The translations under genes were made by a program, and so were the position numbers. This document shows, piece after piece, positions 49,732 through 60,434 of a stretch of 64,000 nucleotides of DNA. Positions within the stretch are counted from its first letter, which is position 1, and every line of letters starts with the position of its first letter. Source of the DNA: Candidatus Poribacteria bacterium (GTDB lineage: Bacteria > Poribacteria > WGA-4E > PCPOR2b); assembly GCA_965116925.1 (NCBI GenBank), contig OZ220744.1, positions 4,768,001-4,832,000 of the forward strand. The letters run 5' to 3'. Under the pieces are notes generated by a model. That model was given only the letters and a program-made list of their open reading frames with translations. It made no database searches and was not told where the DNA came from.

Positions 49732-50850
49732 ATGAAAGTTACAGACATCAAAGTGCACCTCGTGCGATCAAACCGCAATACCATAATTCCTTCGCCGTGG
49801 ATCCTCGTGCAGGTATTCACCGATGAGGGCGTGGTAGGTCTAGGCGACGCAACGAATTGGCCCGGCGGAACAATCATTAAACAATCAATTGAGGAGTTGA
49901 GCCGGTTTGTTATCGGAGAGGACCCATTTAACATCGAATACATCTACCATCTGTTGTATAACGCCTTGCAACAAATCGGGCAAACCGGGGCGGTGATTGC
50001 TGCAATCAGCGGCATTGAGATCGCGCTATGGGACATCGTGGGGCAGGCAGTGGGCCAGCCGATCTACAACCTACTAGGCGGATCCTGTCGAGATAGAGTG
50101 CGTTTTTATAGCCACGCGGGTGAGCCGGAGGAGTGCGCTCGCTTGACGGAGAAAGGGTGCACCGCTATTAAGGCTTACTTCCCCGGCGGCACACCCCGAC
50201 CGGGGGAACGGATCAACATCCCTTGTTCCATCACTCTCAGCGAGGAACGGATTGCGCTAGCGCACATGCAGCGGTGTCGAGAGGCTGTAGGGGACGAAGT
50301 AGATATTGCAACCGACGTGGGTGCCCGATATACCACGAGTGCAGCGATTCGCTTAGGCAACAGGTTGGAGGAAATTGGACTGTTATTCTATGAGGAGCCG
50401 GTGGGACCAGAAAACATTGACGCACTCGCGAAGGTGACCGCAGCGGTGAACACACCTACCTGCGTTGGGGAACGACGTTACACGCGCTTCGGATTCCGTG
50501 ACCTAATCGCTGCACAGGCGGTGGATATGATCATGCCTGATGTGGTCCGTGCGGGAGGCATTGCGGAGACGAAGAAAATCGCTGCCATGGCAGAGAGCTA
50601 CTATATGCAGGTTTCACCGCACAATCCCAACAGTGCCATCTCGACGCTTGCCAGCGTCCACCTGATGGCGAATATCCCCAACGCGCTTGTCTTGGAGTAT
50701 GTCGATGACGAGCAGGATGCACCGTGGCGTAACGACCTGATGACGGATCCACCGGAGGTAGACAACGGCTATCTGCGACTTCCAACGAAACCGGGACTGG
50801 GGTCACAACTTGTGATGAAGGAAGTGGAAAAACACCGGTTCGATGGGTAG
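49732..50850 (+). CDS. Mandelate racemase / galactonate dehydratase-like enzyme
   Basis: EIALWD, FYEEP, VGE, SPHN; AGGAG RBS. Confidence 0.9.
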   Translation: MKVTDIKVHLVRSNRNTIIPSPWILVQVFTDEGVVGLGDATNWPGGTIIKQSIEELSRFVIGEDPFNIEYIYHLLYNALQQIGQTGAVIAAISGIEIALWDIVGQAVGQPIYNLLGGSCRDRVRFYSHAGEPEECARLTEKGCTAIKAYFPGGTPRPGERINIPCSITLSEERIALAHMQRCREAVGDEVDIATDVGARYTTSAAIRLGNRLEEIGLLFYEEPVGPENIDALAKVTAAVNTPTCVGERRYTRFGFRDLIAAQAVDMIMPDVVRAGGIAETKKIAAMAESYYMQVSPHNPNSAISTLASVHLMANIPNALVLEYVDDEQDAPWRNDLMTDPPEVDNGYLRLPTKPGLGSQLVMKEVEKHRFDG

Positions 50851-50929
50851 AAGGGGTTCATTAGTGCATTGGTTCATTGGGGTAATTGTAGTGGGCACGC
50901 TCCACCCCCACTAAGAACGGATTTATGAG

Positions 50930-51373
50930 GTGAAATATAAGATGGAACGAGTAGAATCCTCACCTGATGATTACATCGCGAGCCAACCGTCAGATATCCG
51001 GGTGGTTTTAGAGGAACTGCACACGCTGATTAAGACCGCGCTACCAGATCGGGAGTGCTGTATGTGGGAAGGTGTTTTTTGGGGCGGCAGCGAACAGCAA
51101 ATCATCGGCTATGGTGATTATTCCTACCAGCGTTCTGATAAGATGCAGGTCGAGTGGTTTATCGTTGGGTTGACCCGGCAAAAAAATTATTTCAGTGTGT
51201 ATGTCAATGCGGTTGAAGGAAAAACCTATCTGGCTGAGCTCTATGGCCCCCGACTCGGCAAAGTCAAGATCGGAAAAAGTAGTATTGGTTTTCGGAACCG
51301 GGCGGATATTAATCTGGATGTGTTACGTGAGATGGTCGAACACGCAGGAAGAATAGTAACAACTGACGTTTAA
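50930..51373 (+). CDS. DUF1801-domain protein
   Basis: IIGYG.Y.Y, QKNYFSVY, GKSSIGF. Confidence 0.8.
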   Translation: MKYKMERVESSPDDYIASQPSDIRVVLEELHTLIKTALPDRECCMWEGVFWGGSEQQIIGYGDYSYQRSDKMQVEWFIVGLTRQKNYFSVYVNAVEGKTYLAELYGPRLGKVKIGKSSIGFRNRADINLDVLREMVEHAGRIVTTDV

Positions 51374-51396
51374 CGCACTCACTCTTGACATGAGCG

Positions 51397-51533
51397 AAAA
51401 AAAATGCCAGACCGTGAGGGAGGCGGTCTGGCAATACTGACGTTCAGGAAGAAAACGCCAGTTGACGTCTAGTTCAAAGATATTGAGAGCAAGACGAAAA
51501 ACTGTGAGCAATTACTATATTGCTCATCAACAG
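51397..51533 (-). ncRNA. Candidate small RNA (about 135 nt)
   Basis: Bounded by a near-consensus promoter and a 10-bp terminator hairpin with T8; no credible ORF. Confidence 0.55.
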
Positions 51534-51538
51534 ACTAT

Positions 51539-51567
51539 AGTATACCCTATCAGGTAACGAAAGTCAA
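51539..51567 (-). promoter_or_regulatory. Sigma70-type promoter of the candidate sRNA
   Basis: TTGACT-17 bp-TATACT. Confidence 0.7.
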
Positions 51568-51619
51568 GGCAATTTTAACAAATGTGAAACAAATATGAGC
51601 CGATAGAAACTTTGTGCTC

Positions 51620-52831
51620 CTATGCGCCATCCGTAATCCTCTCAGTGATAGCACCGCTCTCCTTATCTCTGATAATCTGCTTCAGGCGACCGTCGGGCAT
51701 TCGCTCTTCCTTAACCAGTGTATAACCCCCGTCAACTTCAACCGCTGTAACGCCAATCTTCTCTACCCCAGTTGCTCCACGCCAATCCTCCAATTCGACT
51801 GACTCCCACTGCTTCGATTTCGCTGACCGATAACACGCATCAATGATGGCGTTTACGACGTATCCATCGTAAAAGGTTTCCATCGGTTCCGTGCCGTTAT
51901 CTAAAGCATTGAGTATATCAACGAACATATCACGGTATCCGAGTTCCCCGACCTCATCACCAACAGGGAAAAGCCATCCTGTATCGGTTTCGGCTTTTTC
52001 AGCGACGTAGCCACCCTGTCCACCCGATGTAAACATCTCCATACCTGTTCGCAACCAGTGGTTGAGCCAGATGGTGCCTTCTGTGCCTGAGACTTCATCG
52101 CGTATATCCATGCCGCCGCGAAACGCCCAACCCACCTCAAACTGTCCCATTGCGCCGTTCTCAAATTTGATCAAGGCAATCCCGTGATCTTCAGCCTCAA
52201 CGGGATGAACGAGGGTATCCGCCCAACACATGACCTCAACGGGTTTAATATCTTTGCCGATAAAGTTACGGATAATTTCGATACAGTGGCAGCCCATGTC
52301 AACGATAGCACCGCCGCCCGCCTGCTCGATATCCCAGAACCAGTCGCTGTGAGGTCCGGGGTGGGTTTCGCGGGAACGCACCCACAACACCTGACCGATC
52401 GCGCCGTTTTTAGCAGATTCAATTGATTTGAGCGTCTTCGGTGGGTAGACCAGATCCTCAAGATAGCCGTGAAAGACACCTGCTTTTTCGACTATATCAA
52501 GCATCCTTTTGGCTTCGGCTGCGTTGCGTCCTAACGGTTTCGTACACAAGATCGCTTTGCCCGCTTCGGCAGCTAGTGCAACCGCTTCCTCGTGCAGATC
52601 GTTGGGAAGACCGATGACCACCACATCGGTTTCTGGATCGTTAATCGCTTCGGCGAGGTTAGTTGTCGATTTAGGGATGTCCCATTCAGCTGCAAAATCT
52701 TTCGCTCGCTCCTCAGTGCGTGAATATACCACATGAACGCGGTCCCGGCTCCGCTGCCCGTGGAGCGTCATTGTATAGAACATACCGATGAGCCCTGTCC
52801 CTAACATTGTAACCTTATGTGTTTTGTCCAT
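51620..52831 (-). CDS. Gfo/Idh/MocA-family oxidoreductase
   Basis: [24 protein letters not shown]. Confidence 0.92.
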   Translation of the reverse strand: MDKTHKVTMLGTGLIGMFYTMTLHGQRSRDRVHVVYSRTEERAKDFAAEWDIPKSTTNLAEAINDPETDVVVIGLPNDLHEEAVALAAEAGKAILCTKPLGRNAAEAKRMLDIVEKAGVFHGYLEDLVYPPKTLKSIESAKNGAIGQVLWVRSRETHPGPHSDWFWDIEQAGGGAIVDMGCHCIEIIRNFIGKDIKPVEVMCWADTLVHPVEAEDHGIALIKFENGAMGQFEVGWAFRGGMDIRDEVSGTEGTIWLNHWLRTGMEMFTSGGQGGYVAEKAETDTGWLFPVGDEVGELGYRDMFVDILNALDNGTEPMETFYDGYVVNAIIDACYRSAKSKQWESVELEDWRGATGVEKIGVTAVEVDGGYTLVKEERMPDGRLKQIIRDKESGAITERITDGA

Positions 52832-52990
52832 TAGTTCTCCTCTTTTCTGTGCGCTGGGGTTATAGTGAGATCTTGTCGCGTGGGTTTGACATTCTGTGTA
52901 AAACCTGTTAGGAATATCTTATCAGATTTCTTGAGTTGGGTCAATTTCAAAGTAAGAAGTCGGGATTCGGAAATCCCTCCTACAGGAGAA

Positions 52991-53197
52991 CTATAGTAGA
53001 TGTTAGAATTAATGAGACACTCTCAATACACAGCCAACCCCCTAAATTCCCCAACTCTCCTGACAAGGGGAGAAGATAAGAGAGGATCTTCTCCCTTGTC
53101 TTTCCCCTCTTATCAGAGGGGTTCAGGGGGACTTTGAAGATTTTGCACCGGTTGAAATTATTAGTAAATGTATCCTTATTTCTCGTGTTTACTATAA
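52991..53197. mobile_element. MITE family A with a different palindromic cargo
   Basis: TATAGTAGATGTTAGAATTAATGAGACACTC...TTTACTATA ends. Confidence 0.7.
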
Positions 53198-53266
53198 ATG
53201 AATCGTGCGAATCTTGATAAAAATCAGGAGGTATGTTAGACTTGATTTTCAAAGGAATGGTGAATT

Positions 53267-54085
53267 ATGTGCAGCTATCTACCCAATCTGATGTCTTACG
53301 TTTCACGCCTCACGTTTCACGTTCTACTATTTGTTGGCGCAATTGGACACCCTCAAGGGTTCGCATCGTCGGAGATGGTGCGTATCCCCGCTGGCTCCTT
53401 TCAGATGGGGAGCGATAACGGTAGACCCAATGAAACACCCGTGCATCAGGTCTCAATGGAAGAATTTTATATTGACAAGTATGAAACAACCAATGCCGAC
53501 TATCGAGCATTTGTTTTGGCAAACCGTCAATGGCAAAAGTCAGCCGTCAAGGTAAGGGATTATCTCAAGCATTGGGTTGGAAACGACTTTCCTGTTGGTA
53601 TGGATCGGTATCCCGTAACGTATGTCACCCATGAAGCAGCGCAAGCGTATTGCGAATGGCATGGGAAACGGTTGCCGACGGAAGCGGAATGGGAGAAAGC
53701 AGCGCGAGGCGGGCAGCCGGGGCAGCTCTATCCGTGGGGAAATCAGGTTGACCCAGACGCAGCGAACTACGATTCAAGAGATATACGCAGCGGCGGGTTG
53801 AAAAACATGCGGCGATACCTGAAACCTGTTGACCACTTTCCACCGAATGGCTACGCCCTCTACAACATGGGAGGTAACGTGGCGGAATGGTGCACGGATA
53901 GATACCTGCCAAGTTACCGTAGAAATGACGTGAATCAACGAACATCTCCCGCCAAGGGACCGTTTGTTATTCGAGGCGGAAGTTGGTTTGATCCGATATT
54001 CGATCTGCGTTGCGCCGCGCGCGCTTATGCCCTATCAGGCGCGTATTACCATATCGGCTTTCGGTGTGTCAAAGCCAAGAATTGA
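53267..54085 (+). CDS. Formylglycine-generating enzyme (SUMF1) domain protein
   Basis: [35 protein letters not shown]; start uncertain. Confidence 0.9.
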   Translation: MCSYLPNLMSYVSRLTFHVLLFVGAIGHPQGFASSEMVRIPAGSFQMGSDNGRPNETPVHQVSMEEFYIDKYETTNADYRAFVLANRQWQKSAVKVRDYLKHWVGNDFPVGMDRYPVTYVTHEAAQAYCEWHGKRLPTEAEWEKAARGGQPGQLYPWGNQVDPDAANYDSRDIRSGGLKNMRRYLKPVDHFPPNGYALYNMGGNVAEWCTDRYLPSYRRNDVNQRTSPAKGPFVIRGGSWFDPIFDLRCAARAYALSGAYYHIGFRCVKAKN

Positions 54086-54211
54086 GGGGGATTGTCATTG
54101 CGCTGTGATTACGGCATACGGAGTATGCCTGCTACTATCCCTTTTCGTTTGCGTGCAACTGACCTATGTGCTAAAATGCACAAAACATCGGCTTACAATC
54201 TTATAACCTAT

Positions 54212-54350
54212 TAGGACTTACGCACTTGAACGCTCAAAGCGGGCAACCACAAGGGTTGCCCCTACAGTCAGATTTTCGGTTTATAGTCGGGCGAGCCTGT
54301 CGGGACGCGCAATGAATTGCGCTACTACAAACTGAACTGCGTAACTCCTA
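54212..54350. mobile_element. MITE family D with 6-bp TSD (ACCTAT)
   Basis: TAGGACTTACGCA...TGCGTAACTCCTA ends; REP hairpins inside. Confidence 0.8.
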
Positions 54351-54386
54351 ACCTATACTTAAAACTGTCGAGAGGAGTATCAATCA

Positions 54387-55391
54387 ATGGAATATAGTAT
54401 CCTAGGCAATTCTGGCGTCCAAGTTTCACGACTTTGTCTTGGCGCGATGATGTTTGGCAGCCCAACGAATGAGAGTGATTCAATCAAGATTATCGAACGT
54501 GCAATCGATGCCGGAATCAATTTTATTGATACGGCGAATGTCTACAACGCAGGCGAATCGGAACGAATTGTCGGCAAGGCTGTCCAAGCTTGTCGTGACG
54601 ATGTGCTTATCGCAACAAAGGTGAGCGGAGCGATGGGGGAAGGACTTAACCGATCCGGTACGAGTCGTCACCACATCATGATGGCGGTGGAGGATAGTCT
54701 CAGACGACTTGATACAGATTATATCGACCTGTATTACCTACATCGTTGGAATGCGCTGACACCGATAGAAGAGTCGGTCCGTGCGTTGGATGATTGCGTC
54801 AGGCAGGGTAAAGTTCGATATATCGGTGGCTCCAACTTCGATGCGTGGCGACTTTGCGAGGCGTGGTGGAAGAGCGATCGCATGAATTTAGAAAAATTTA
54901 TCTGTCTGCAACCACTCTACAACATTGTCAATCGGGACGTTGAAGTTGAGTTACTGCCGTTTTGCGAAGCTTATAACGTAGGTGTCGTGTCCTATAGTCC
55001 CTTAGCACGCGGTGTGCTAACTGGCAAATATCTGCCCGGGCAACCGCCTCCTCCCGGCTCACGGGCGGCCCGTCAGGACCGTCGGATACTGCAAACCGAA
55101 TTACGCGAAGAAAGCTACGAGGTCGCGCAAAAAATCCAACCGTTGGCAGCGGCACACGATAAAACGCTGGCACAATTTGCCTTGGCTTGGACCCTTGCAA
55201 ATCCAACCATTACTTCCGTTATTATTGGTCCCAAAAATTTAGAGCAACTTGAAGACAATCTCGGCTGCCTCGATTGCGCTATCAGCCCGGAGGACGAAGC
55301 AGCGGTAGACCAACTCGTTCCGCCCGGCGAGCATACTGGGAAAGGCTATAACGATCCCATGTACCCTGTCTTGGGACGCTCAAACCAGTAG
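54387..55391 (+). CDS. Aldo/keto reductase
   Basis: DTANVY, ATK, YLH, YSPLARG. Confidence 0.93.
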   Translation: MEYSILGNSGVQVSRLCLGAMMFGSPTNESDSIKIIERAIDAGINFIDTANVYNAGESERIVGKAVQACRDDVLIATKVSGAMGEGLNRSGTSRHHIMMAVEDSLRRLDTDYIDLYYLHRWNALTPIEESVRALDDCVRQGKVRYIGGSNFDAWRLCEAWWKSDRMNLEKFICLQPLYNIVNRDVEVELLPFCEAYNVGVVSYSPLARGVLTGKYLPGQPPPPGSRAARQDRRILQTELREESYEVAQKIQPLAAAHDKTLAQFALAWTLANPTITSVIIGPKNLEQLEDNLGCLDCAISPEDEAAVDQLVPPGEHTGKGYNDPMYPVLGRSNQ

Positions 55392-55468
55392 CAAACCCGA
55401 AAACCATTAGTTGATTGGTTCAGTAATGAACTAATGAACTCTTGAACCCATGAACCAAGGAGGATAAC

Positions 55469-57235
55469 CTAAAAGGCGTGCCCGATTGCGTAGGTGAAAA
55501 CCGGTATGAGCGATGGTTTTTCCGGTCCGTCCAATGGGTACGCCAAATCCGCACGATAGACTCGAGATCCACTCAGTTTGGGGAGCCCCAACCGCAGCCC
55601 AAATCCTACACTCCGCTTGGGGGTTTCTATATCAACAGCATCCCCCGTCCAGATATAACCGATATCAGCAAAGATTGCTGACCCAACCACGATCAGCGGG
55701 TGTTCCCAGAAAATTGTTCGGCTTTCAAGGTTGAGGCGAATCTTTTTGGTGCCACTGAATTGCCGGGGGTCATATCCACGCAGTCCACTGTTTCCACCGA
55801 GAAGCACTTGCTGTTCTCCCTCAAGTCCGAATTGCATCTCCGCAGAAATCCGTGCGGCAAGGGTTTGACGCAGAAAGAGATTCTTGCGTACTGCTTTGAT
55901 GCTCATCTGAAACATCGAATCCCCTTCTTCATGTGCAAGAAAACGGGTTGTAACCCCGGTGCGACCATTTACGAAAAGTAGATCTTGATATGCTTGGGAG
56001 GCGTTGAGAAACAAACTCACCCTTGTTTCTCTGCGATCTGCACCGTAAAACGGGTGAGCGCGACCGATTGACACACCGTACCCATATCCGACCCCAATAT
56101 CTTCAACACGACCCATCTTATTGAGAAAGCGTGTGCGGACAAAGTTGACTTTTCTATGACCGAGTGAAACCCCAATCAGTCTTGTGTTTCTGTCCTGAAA
56201 GTTAACGGTGGAAGATGGCAATCTCTCAATCTCATTGAAATGATTGCGCTCAGAGACCATCCAGAGCGCGATCTGCGTCTGTCGCCGACGGTCACCAAAG
56301 GAACGGATGATCTGCCCGGACTCCGATTGCCTACTTTGGGTGAAGACAGCTGTTTTCACACCCTGTTCATACCAGCGGGCTTCATCTCTAGATTCAGCGG
56401 CTGTAAACTCCGCACTCCAACGGGTCTGGAGTGAATACAACGGACGTTTTAGACTCGCATCCCATGAGATGCCTTCCCGCTTTTGGGTATACACACCGTC
56501 GAATTCCCAATGTGAATCAAACAGGCGAAAGACTCTATAGAGGCCACTGATAAGGTGGCGTGGATCTTCTCCTTCTTCACGAATCTGCTGGTAACGGAGG
56601 CGACCGCTGTCCCCGGAACCAAATACATTTGAATCGGACAGCGCGACTAAAAAACCGGTTTTATCTTTACTGAACGCGGGGACATCTAAGGCGGGGAAAA
56701 AAGTCCATAGGTCTGTGACTTCAACCTCTATTAAAATAAGATTGGTTTCTGGGTCCCGCGTCGCAAGGATTTCCGCGCTTCCTAAATACGGCTTTCGGCG
56801 CAGGATACGCTCACTTTCCAGTTCATCGTCCTGTATGTAAACATCGCCGCGTTTGAAAAGCAGCTCTTGCCTGATTACATCAGTTTTAGTACGGGTATTT
56901 CCTTTTATTGTAATTCGTCCAATCCTTCCCTCGTCGATGTAGATTCTGAGATAAACACCATCAGAGAACTTTAAGAATACAAGCTGCTCTTCATCAACTC
57001 GAGCGAACTGATATCCGTGCATTTGGTAAAAACTGGCAATCCATTCAAAGTCCTGGCGGAGCAGGTTAGGATCATAATCATCACCAGCCTGTGACTGCAT
57101 CAAGCTGAGAATTTTCTCGCTAGAGAACGCTTCATTTCCTGTGACAATAATATTGCGGATTGGAACCGAATCGGCAGGCAATGTTTGGGGAAGGAGAATT
57201 AAAATGATAAGGGTGAGGGGGCAAAGACATTTCAT
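55469..57235 (-). CDS. Omp85/BamA-TamA family protein (two POTRA domains plus barrel)
   Basis: VTGN and IKGNTRTK POTRA starts, LRGY, C-terminal F. Confidence 0.85.
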   Translation of the reverse strand: MKCLCPLTLIILILLPQTLPADSVPIRNIIVTGNEAFSSEKILSLMQSQAGDDYDPNLLRQDFEWIASFYQMHGYQFARVDEEQLVFLKFSDGVYLRIYIDEGRIGRITIKGNTRTKTDVIRQELLFKRGDVYIQDDELESERILRRKPYLGSAEILATRDPETNLILIEVEVTDLWTFFPALDVPAFSKDKTGFLVALSDSNVFGSGDSGRLRYQQIREEGEDPRHLISGLYRVFRLFDSHWEFDGVYTQKREGISWDASLKRPLYSLQTRWSAEFTAAESRDEARWYEQGVKTAVFTQSRQSESGQIIRSFGDRRRQTQIALWMVSERNHFNEIERLPSSTVNFQDRNTRLIGVSLGHRKVNFVRTRFLNKMGRVEDIGVGYGYGVSIGRAHPFYGADRRETRVSLFLNASQAYQDLLFVNGRTGVTTRFLAHEEGDSMFQMSIKAVRKNLFLRQTLAARISAEMQFGLEGEQQVLLGGNSGLRGYDPRQFSGTKKIRLNLESRTIFWEHPLIVVGSAIFADIGYIWTGDAVDIETPKRSVGFGLRLGLPKLSGSRVYRADLAYPLDGPEKPSLIPVFTYAIGHAF

Positions 57236-57256
57236 TGGTAGATTGGGAGATATTAT

Positions 57257-59353
57257 TCATGTCTGACTTGGCACAGAATCATCAGCAATAGCACTTTCCC
57301 GATTGGATAGAATCCCCTCAATCAACATTAAAATGAGGGCGATAAGTAACAACTCACTCCAGATTTCCACTCCAACCCGGTATGTGTTGAGCATCTGTTC
57401 TAAAGCCTCTGATTCTGAAATGACCGCTGTCTGCGCCCCAATTCGCTCTGCAGCTTCCTGAATGGGGATGGGTTGTAGTTCCGATTCCGTTGCATCAACA
57501 TTCACGGCGAAAAAATCTTGCAGGAGTGTATCTCTACCCTGTCCCTCAACTTGATAGATGCCGGGGACATCTGTCCCACCAAACGTGAGCGAACCATCCT
57601 CGGCAAGTGAAAGTGTCTCTGACAAATGGGGTGTATCCCCCAAGCGCGTTATCTGTGTGGTTGTTGCCCCACTCCAGCGGTAGTTTGCCGTGTACGACTC
57701 ACCAACAATTAGATTTCTTTGATGCACAGATTGAGCCGCCTTTGTGTAAAGTACAGCTTGTTGCAACAAAGGGAGGAAGTTCTGATTGACCAATAGGCTC
57801 GATGCGTCGGACTGAATCGCAGACACATTAAAGAGCAGTGCTATCCCTCGGTCAATAGAGCGTTCGATAAGAAATGGTGTGCCATCGCTCAATTGCGCAA
57901 CAATCCTTGCATCTTCAGCCGGCTCCAACTCCACACCACGATAAAATTGTGGGGCGTATTGCCCTTCAAAATCTTCCCCCTTAAAGACCTCAAAGATTGG
58001 GGAATCCGCTTTGTAATTTGCCAAGGTTAATGGCGGCTGCCACGCTGTCGGTTGCCCCACAGCTGCAGGCAACCAATCAGCAAACGCATTATAACTAGCT
58101 GTATCAACGTCATCCCCCACAAAGTAGATTACACTTTTGCCTGCCCGCATGAACGCTTGCAATTGTTGCTGAACACGGGTTGAGAATGCGGGCACGTCCG
58201 CTAAAATCAGGATGTCATACTCTGTTAGCGTTAGGTCCTCTAATGCTTCCAAGGAAGCGGTTGCTGGTAAAAAAGAAGAACCGGTGTTTGGTCGCGCCTG
58301 AACTGCTGGGTTTAATGCGAGTGCCAAGTACATCGTTTGAACACCGACGCAAAGCACACGAATTTGGCCATAAGCATCAAGAACGAAGTAACGACGATTA
58401 TCAATAGGCAGCCGATCCGTAGTCAATTCCAGATAGCCGGTGTGCGTGCCGGGCGATTCAAATTGATGCGTAAAAGTCAATGTCACCGACTCGCCCGCCC
58501 CCGCTTGAGGACTGATGGATCGCCGTTTCTGTTCGTCGATAAACAGCGTCAGTGTCGTATCAGCCAGAGGTGCATCGGAATGAACCCCTATTGCTACCTC
58601 CAATTCAATGGGCAATCCCAAACCAATTAGTTGGTTAGAGGCTTGAACTTCTTCAATGCTTATATTATCGGTAACTTCATCATCAAGCGGAAGTAGAAAA
58701 ATCCTCGCCCCAGATCGGTTGGGCACACGATTCCAGTGCGTCCAGCCATTACGATTAAAATCGGAGATTAAGTAAATCTCCTTGTTCGGATCGTTGGACG
58801 TTTCAAGGATGTCGTGCGCCATTTCGAGGCTGGGTGGAACCAGCGTTGCGCGGTAAGAGATCTGGGCACGACGAATTACCTCCCTTATCTGATTCAGGTC
58901 CTTCGTCAATTTGGGAAAGAGTGAATCGGGGATATCAGACATTAAAATCACGGAGGCACTGTCGCCGCGTTGAAGGGATTGAGCAATCTCAAGTGCCATC
59001 CCTTTTGCGACTTCAAATCTTCCTCCCTGAATGCCCTGATACCCCATACTGTAAGAATTGTCCAGAATAATGACGACGCTGGTTTTTGTTCTTCCACCGG
59101 CGAAGGCGAATCGGTTTTTAAGCAGGGGACGTGCAAGTGCAAGGGCAATCAGTATGATGATCAGCACTCGCAAGAGCAAGATTAGCAGATGCTTGAGTTG
59201 AATGCGTCGAACATTTTGCCGATGGGCGGCCAAGAGAAACATCAGGCTGCTAAAATCTACCGTTTTCGCTTGATGTCGTCTCCAAAGGTGGATGATTAGC
59301 GGTACGGCGGCAGCAAGTATGCCCAACAGGAAAATCGGATTAAGGAATCCCAA
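57257..59353 (-). CDS. BatA-domain / vWA protein
   Basis: FLNP...PLIIHL, ALARP, DNSYSM, LISDF, C-terminal TM segment. Confidence 0.88.
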   Translation of the reverse strand: MGFLNPIFLLGILAAAVPLIIHLWRRHQAKTVDFSSLMFLLAAHRQNVRRIQLKHLLILLLRVLIIILIALALARPLLKNRFAFAGGRTKTSVVIILDNSYSMGYQGIQGGRFEVAKGMALEIAQSLQRGDSASVILMSDIPDSLFPKLTKDLNQIREVIRRAQISYRATLVPPSLEMAHDILETSNDPNKEIYLISDFNRNGWTHWNRVPNRSGARIFLLPLDDEVTDNISIEEVQASNQLIGLGLPIELEVAIGVHSDAPLADTTLTLFIDEQKRRSISPQAGAGESVTLTFTHQFESPGTHTGYLELTTDRLPIDNRRYFVLDAYGQIRVLCVGVQTMYLALALNPAVQARPNTGSSFLPATASLEALEDLTLTEYDILILADVPAFSTRVQQQLQAFMRAGKSVIYFVGDDVDTASYNAFADWLPAAVGQPTAWQPPLTLANYKADSPIFEVFKGEDFEGQYAPQFYRGVELEPAEDARIVAQLSDGTPFLIERSIDRGIALLFNVSAIQSDASSLLVNQNFLPLLQQAVLYTKAAQSVHQRNLIVGESYTANYRWSGATTTQITRLGDTPHLSETLSLAEDGSLTFGGTDVPGIYQVEGQGRDTLLQDFFAVNVDATESELQPIPIQEAAERIGAQTAVISESEALEQMLNTYRVGVEIWSELLLIALILMLIEGILSNRESAIADDSVPSQT

Positions 59354-59394
59354 TAGTTTTGTGCCTTATCTCGTTAATTAGCAACCGTAACGAC

Positions 59395-60339
59395 TTAATA
59401 CCCCTTCCGTTTATCTATGACGCTCAACAGGGGTTTATCCGCCATAAGCCTTTCGAGGTTATCACAGAACAATCCAATTGTCCGGTCAAGCCGAATGGGT
59501 GAACCACCCGCCGCATGAGGCGTGATGATAACTCTAGGCATATCCCAAAGTGGGCTATCCTGCGGCAAAGGCTCCTCTGGTGTTACATCAAGTCCTGCTC
59601 CGCCTATCCGTCCCTCATTCAATGCACGGAGGAGACTTGGTCCATCAACGATCTTGCCGCGTGTTACGTTAATGAGTAGCGCGTGCGGTTTCATCCGCTG
59701 AAATGCCGCATCATTAAACATACCGTGCGTTTCCGGCGTCAAAGGGGCGCAGATTGACACAACGTCCGATTCCTCAAGGAGGTCATAGAACCGGTCCATT
59801 TTCCAAACTTCGTGGACAAACGGGGGCGGATCCACATCTTCTGGATCAACCGCGATCACGCGCATATCAAAGCCTTGCGCGCGTTTAGCAACATCAATCC
59901 CTGTGCCACCAAGTCCAACGATGCCAAGTGTACGTCCTTCAAGTTCCCACGTCTCTCCACGAATGGACATCCGGTTTTCCCAAGTCCGTTCGCGGACAGC
60001 ACGACCAATACCTCTGAGTATACCGAGGATTAATGCCCACGTCTGATCTGCGAGATGGGGTCCGACAAATCCTTTCGCACTTGTCAGGATGACATCGCTT
60101 TCAACAAACTCAGGGAAAAGCACACCGTCAACGCCTGCGCCGAGTGTTTGTACCCATTTGAGTTGTTGAGCGTTATCAAAGAGGGCGCGGCTAAGTCCAC
60201 CGAGGATCACATCGGTGTCTACGACCTCCTTGAGCTGTGCCTCATTGTCTTGGGGTTGGACGATCTGAATATCAGCGGAAACGAGTTGAATACGTTGCAG
60301 GTGTTCCGGCTCAACTTCCGTATTTATCATGACTTTCAT
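59395..60339 (-). CDS. D-2-hydroxyacid dehydrogenase
   Basis: GLGGTG, INVTRG, LDVTPEEP, TPH. Confidence 0.93.
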   Translation of the reverse strand: MKVMINTEVEPEHLQRIQLVSADIQIVQPQDNEAQLKEVVDTDVILGGLSRALFDNAQQLKWVQTLGAGVDGVLFPEFVESDVILTSAKGFVGPHLADQTWALILGILRGIGRAVRERTWENRMSIRGETWELEGRTLGIVGLGGTGIDVAKRAQGFDMRVIAVDPEDVDPPPFVHEVWKMDRFYDLLEESDVVSICAPLTPETHGMFNDAAFQRMKPHALLINVTRGKIVDGPSLLRALNEGRIGGAGLDVTPEEPLPQDSPLWDMPRVIITPHAAGGSPIRLDRTIGLFCDNLERLMADKPLLSVIDKRKGY

Positions 60340-60434
60340 TTGCCAATCTCCTCATGGTTTTGGAATCGTCCTTACAGATTTCAGACGGTTTCCAGCCTAA
60401 AATTTCACATCTCAATTTGAAAGGAGCAACAACC

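Noticed and set aside
52980..53252. 90-aa ORF (also 17200-17418 and 17429-17644)
   Set aside because: Composed of MITE or pseudogene sequence
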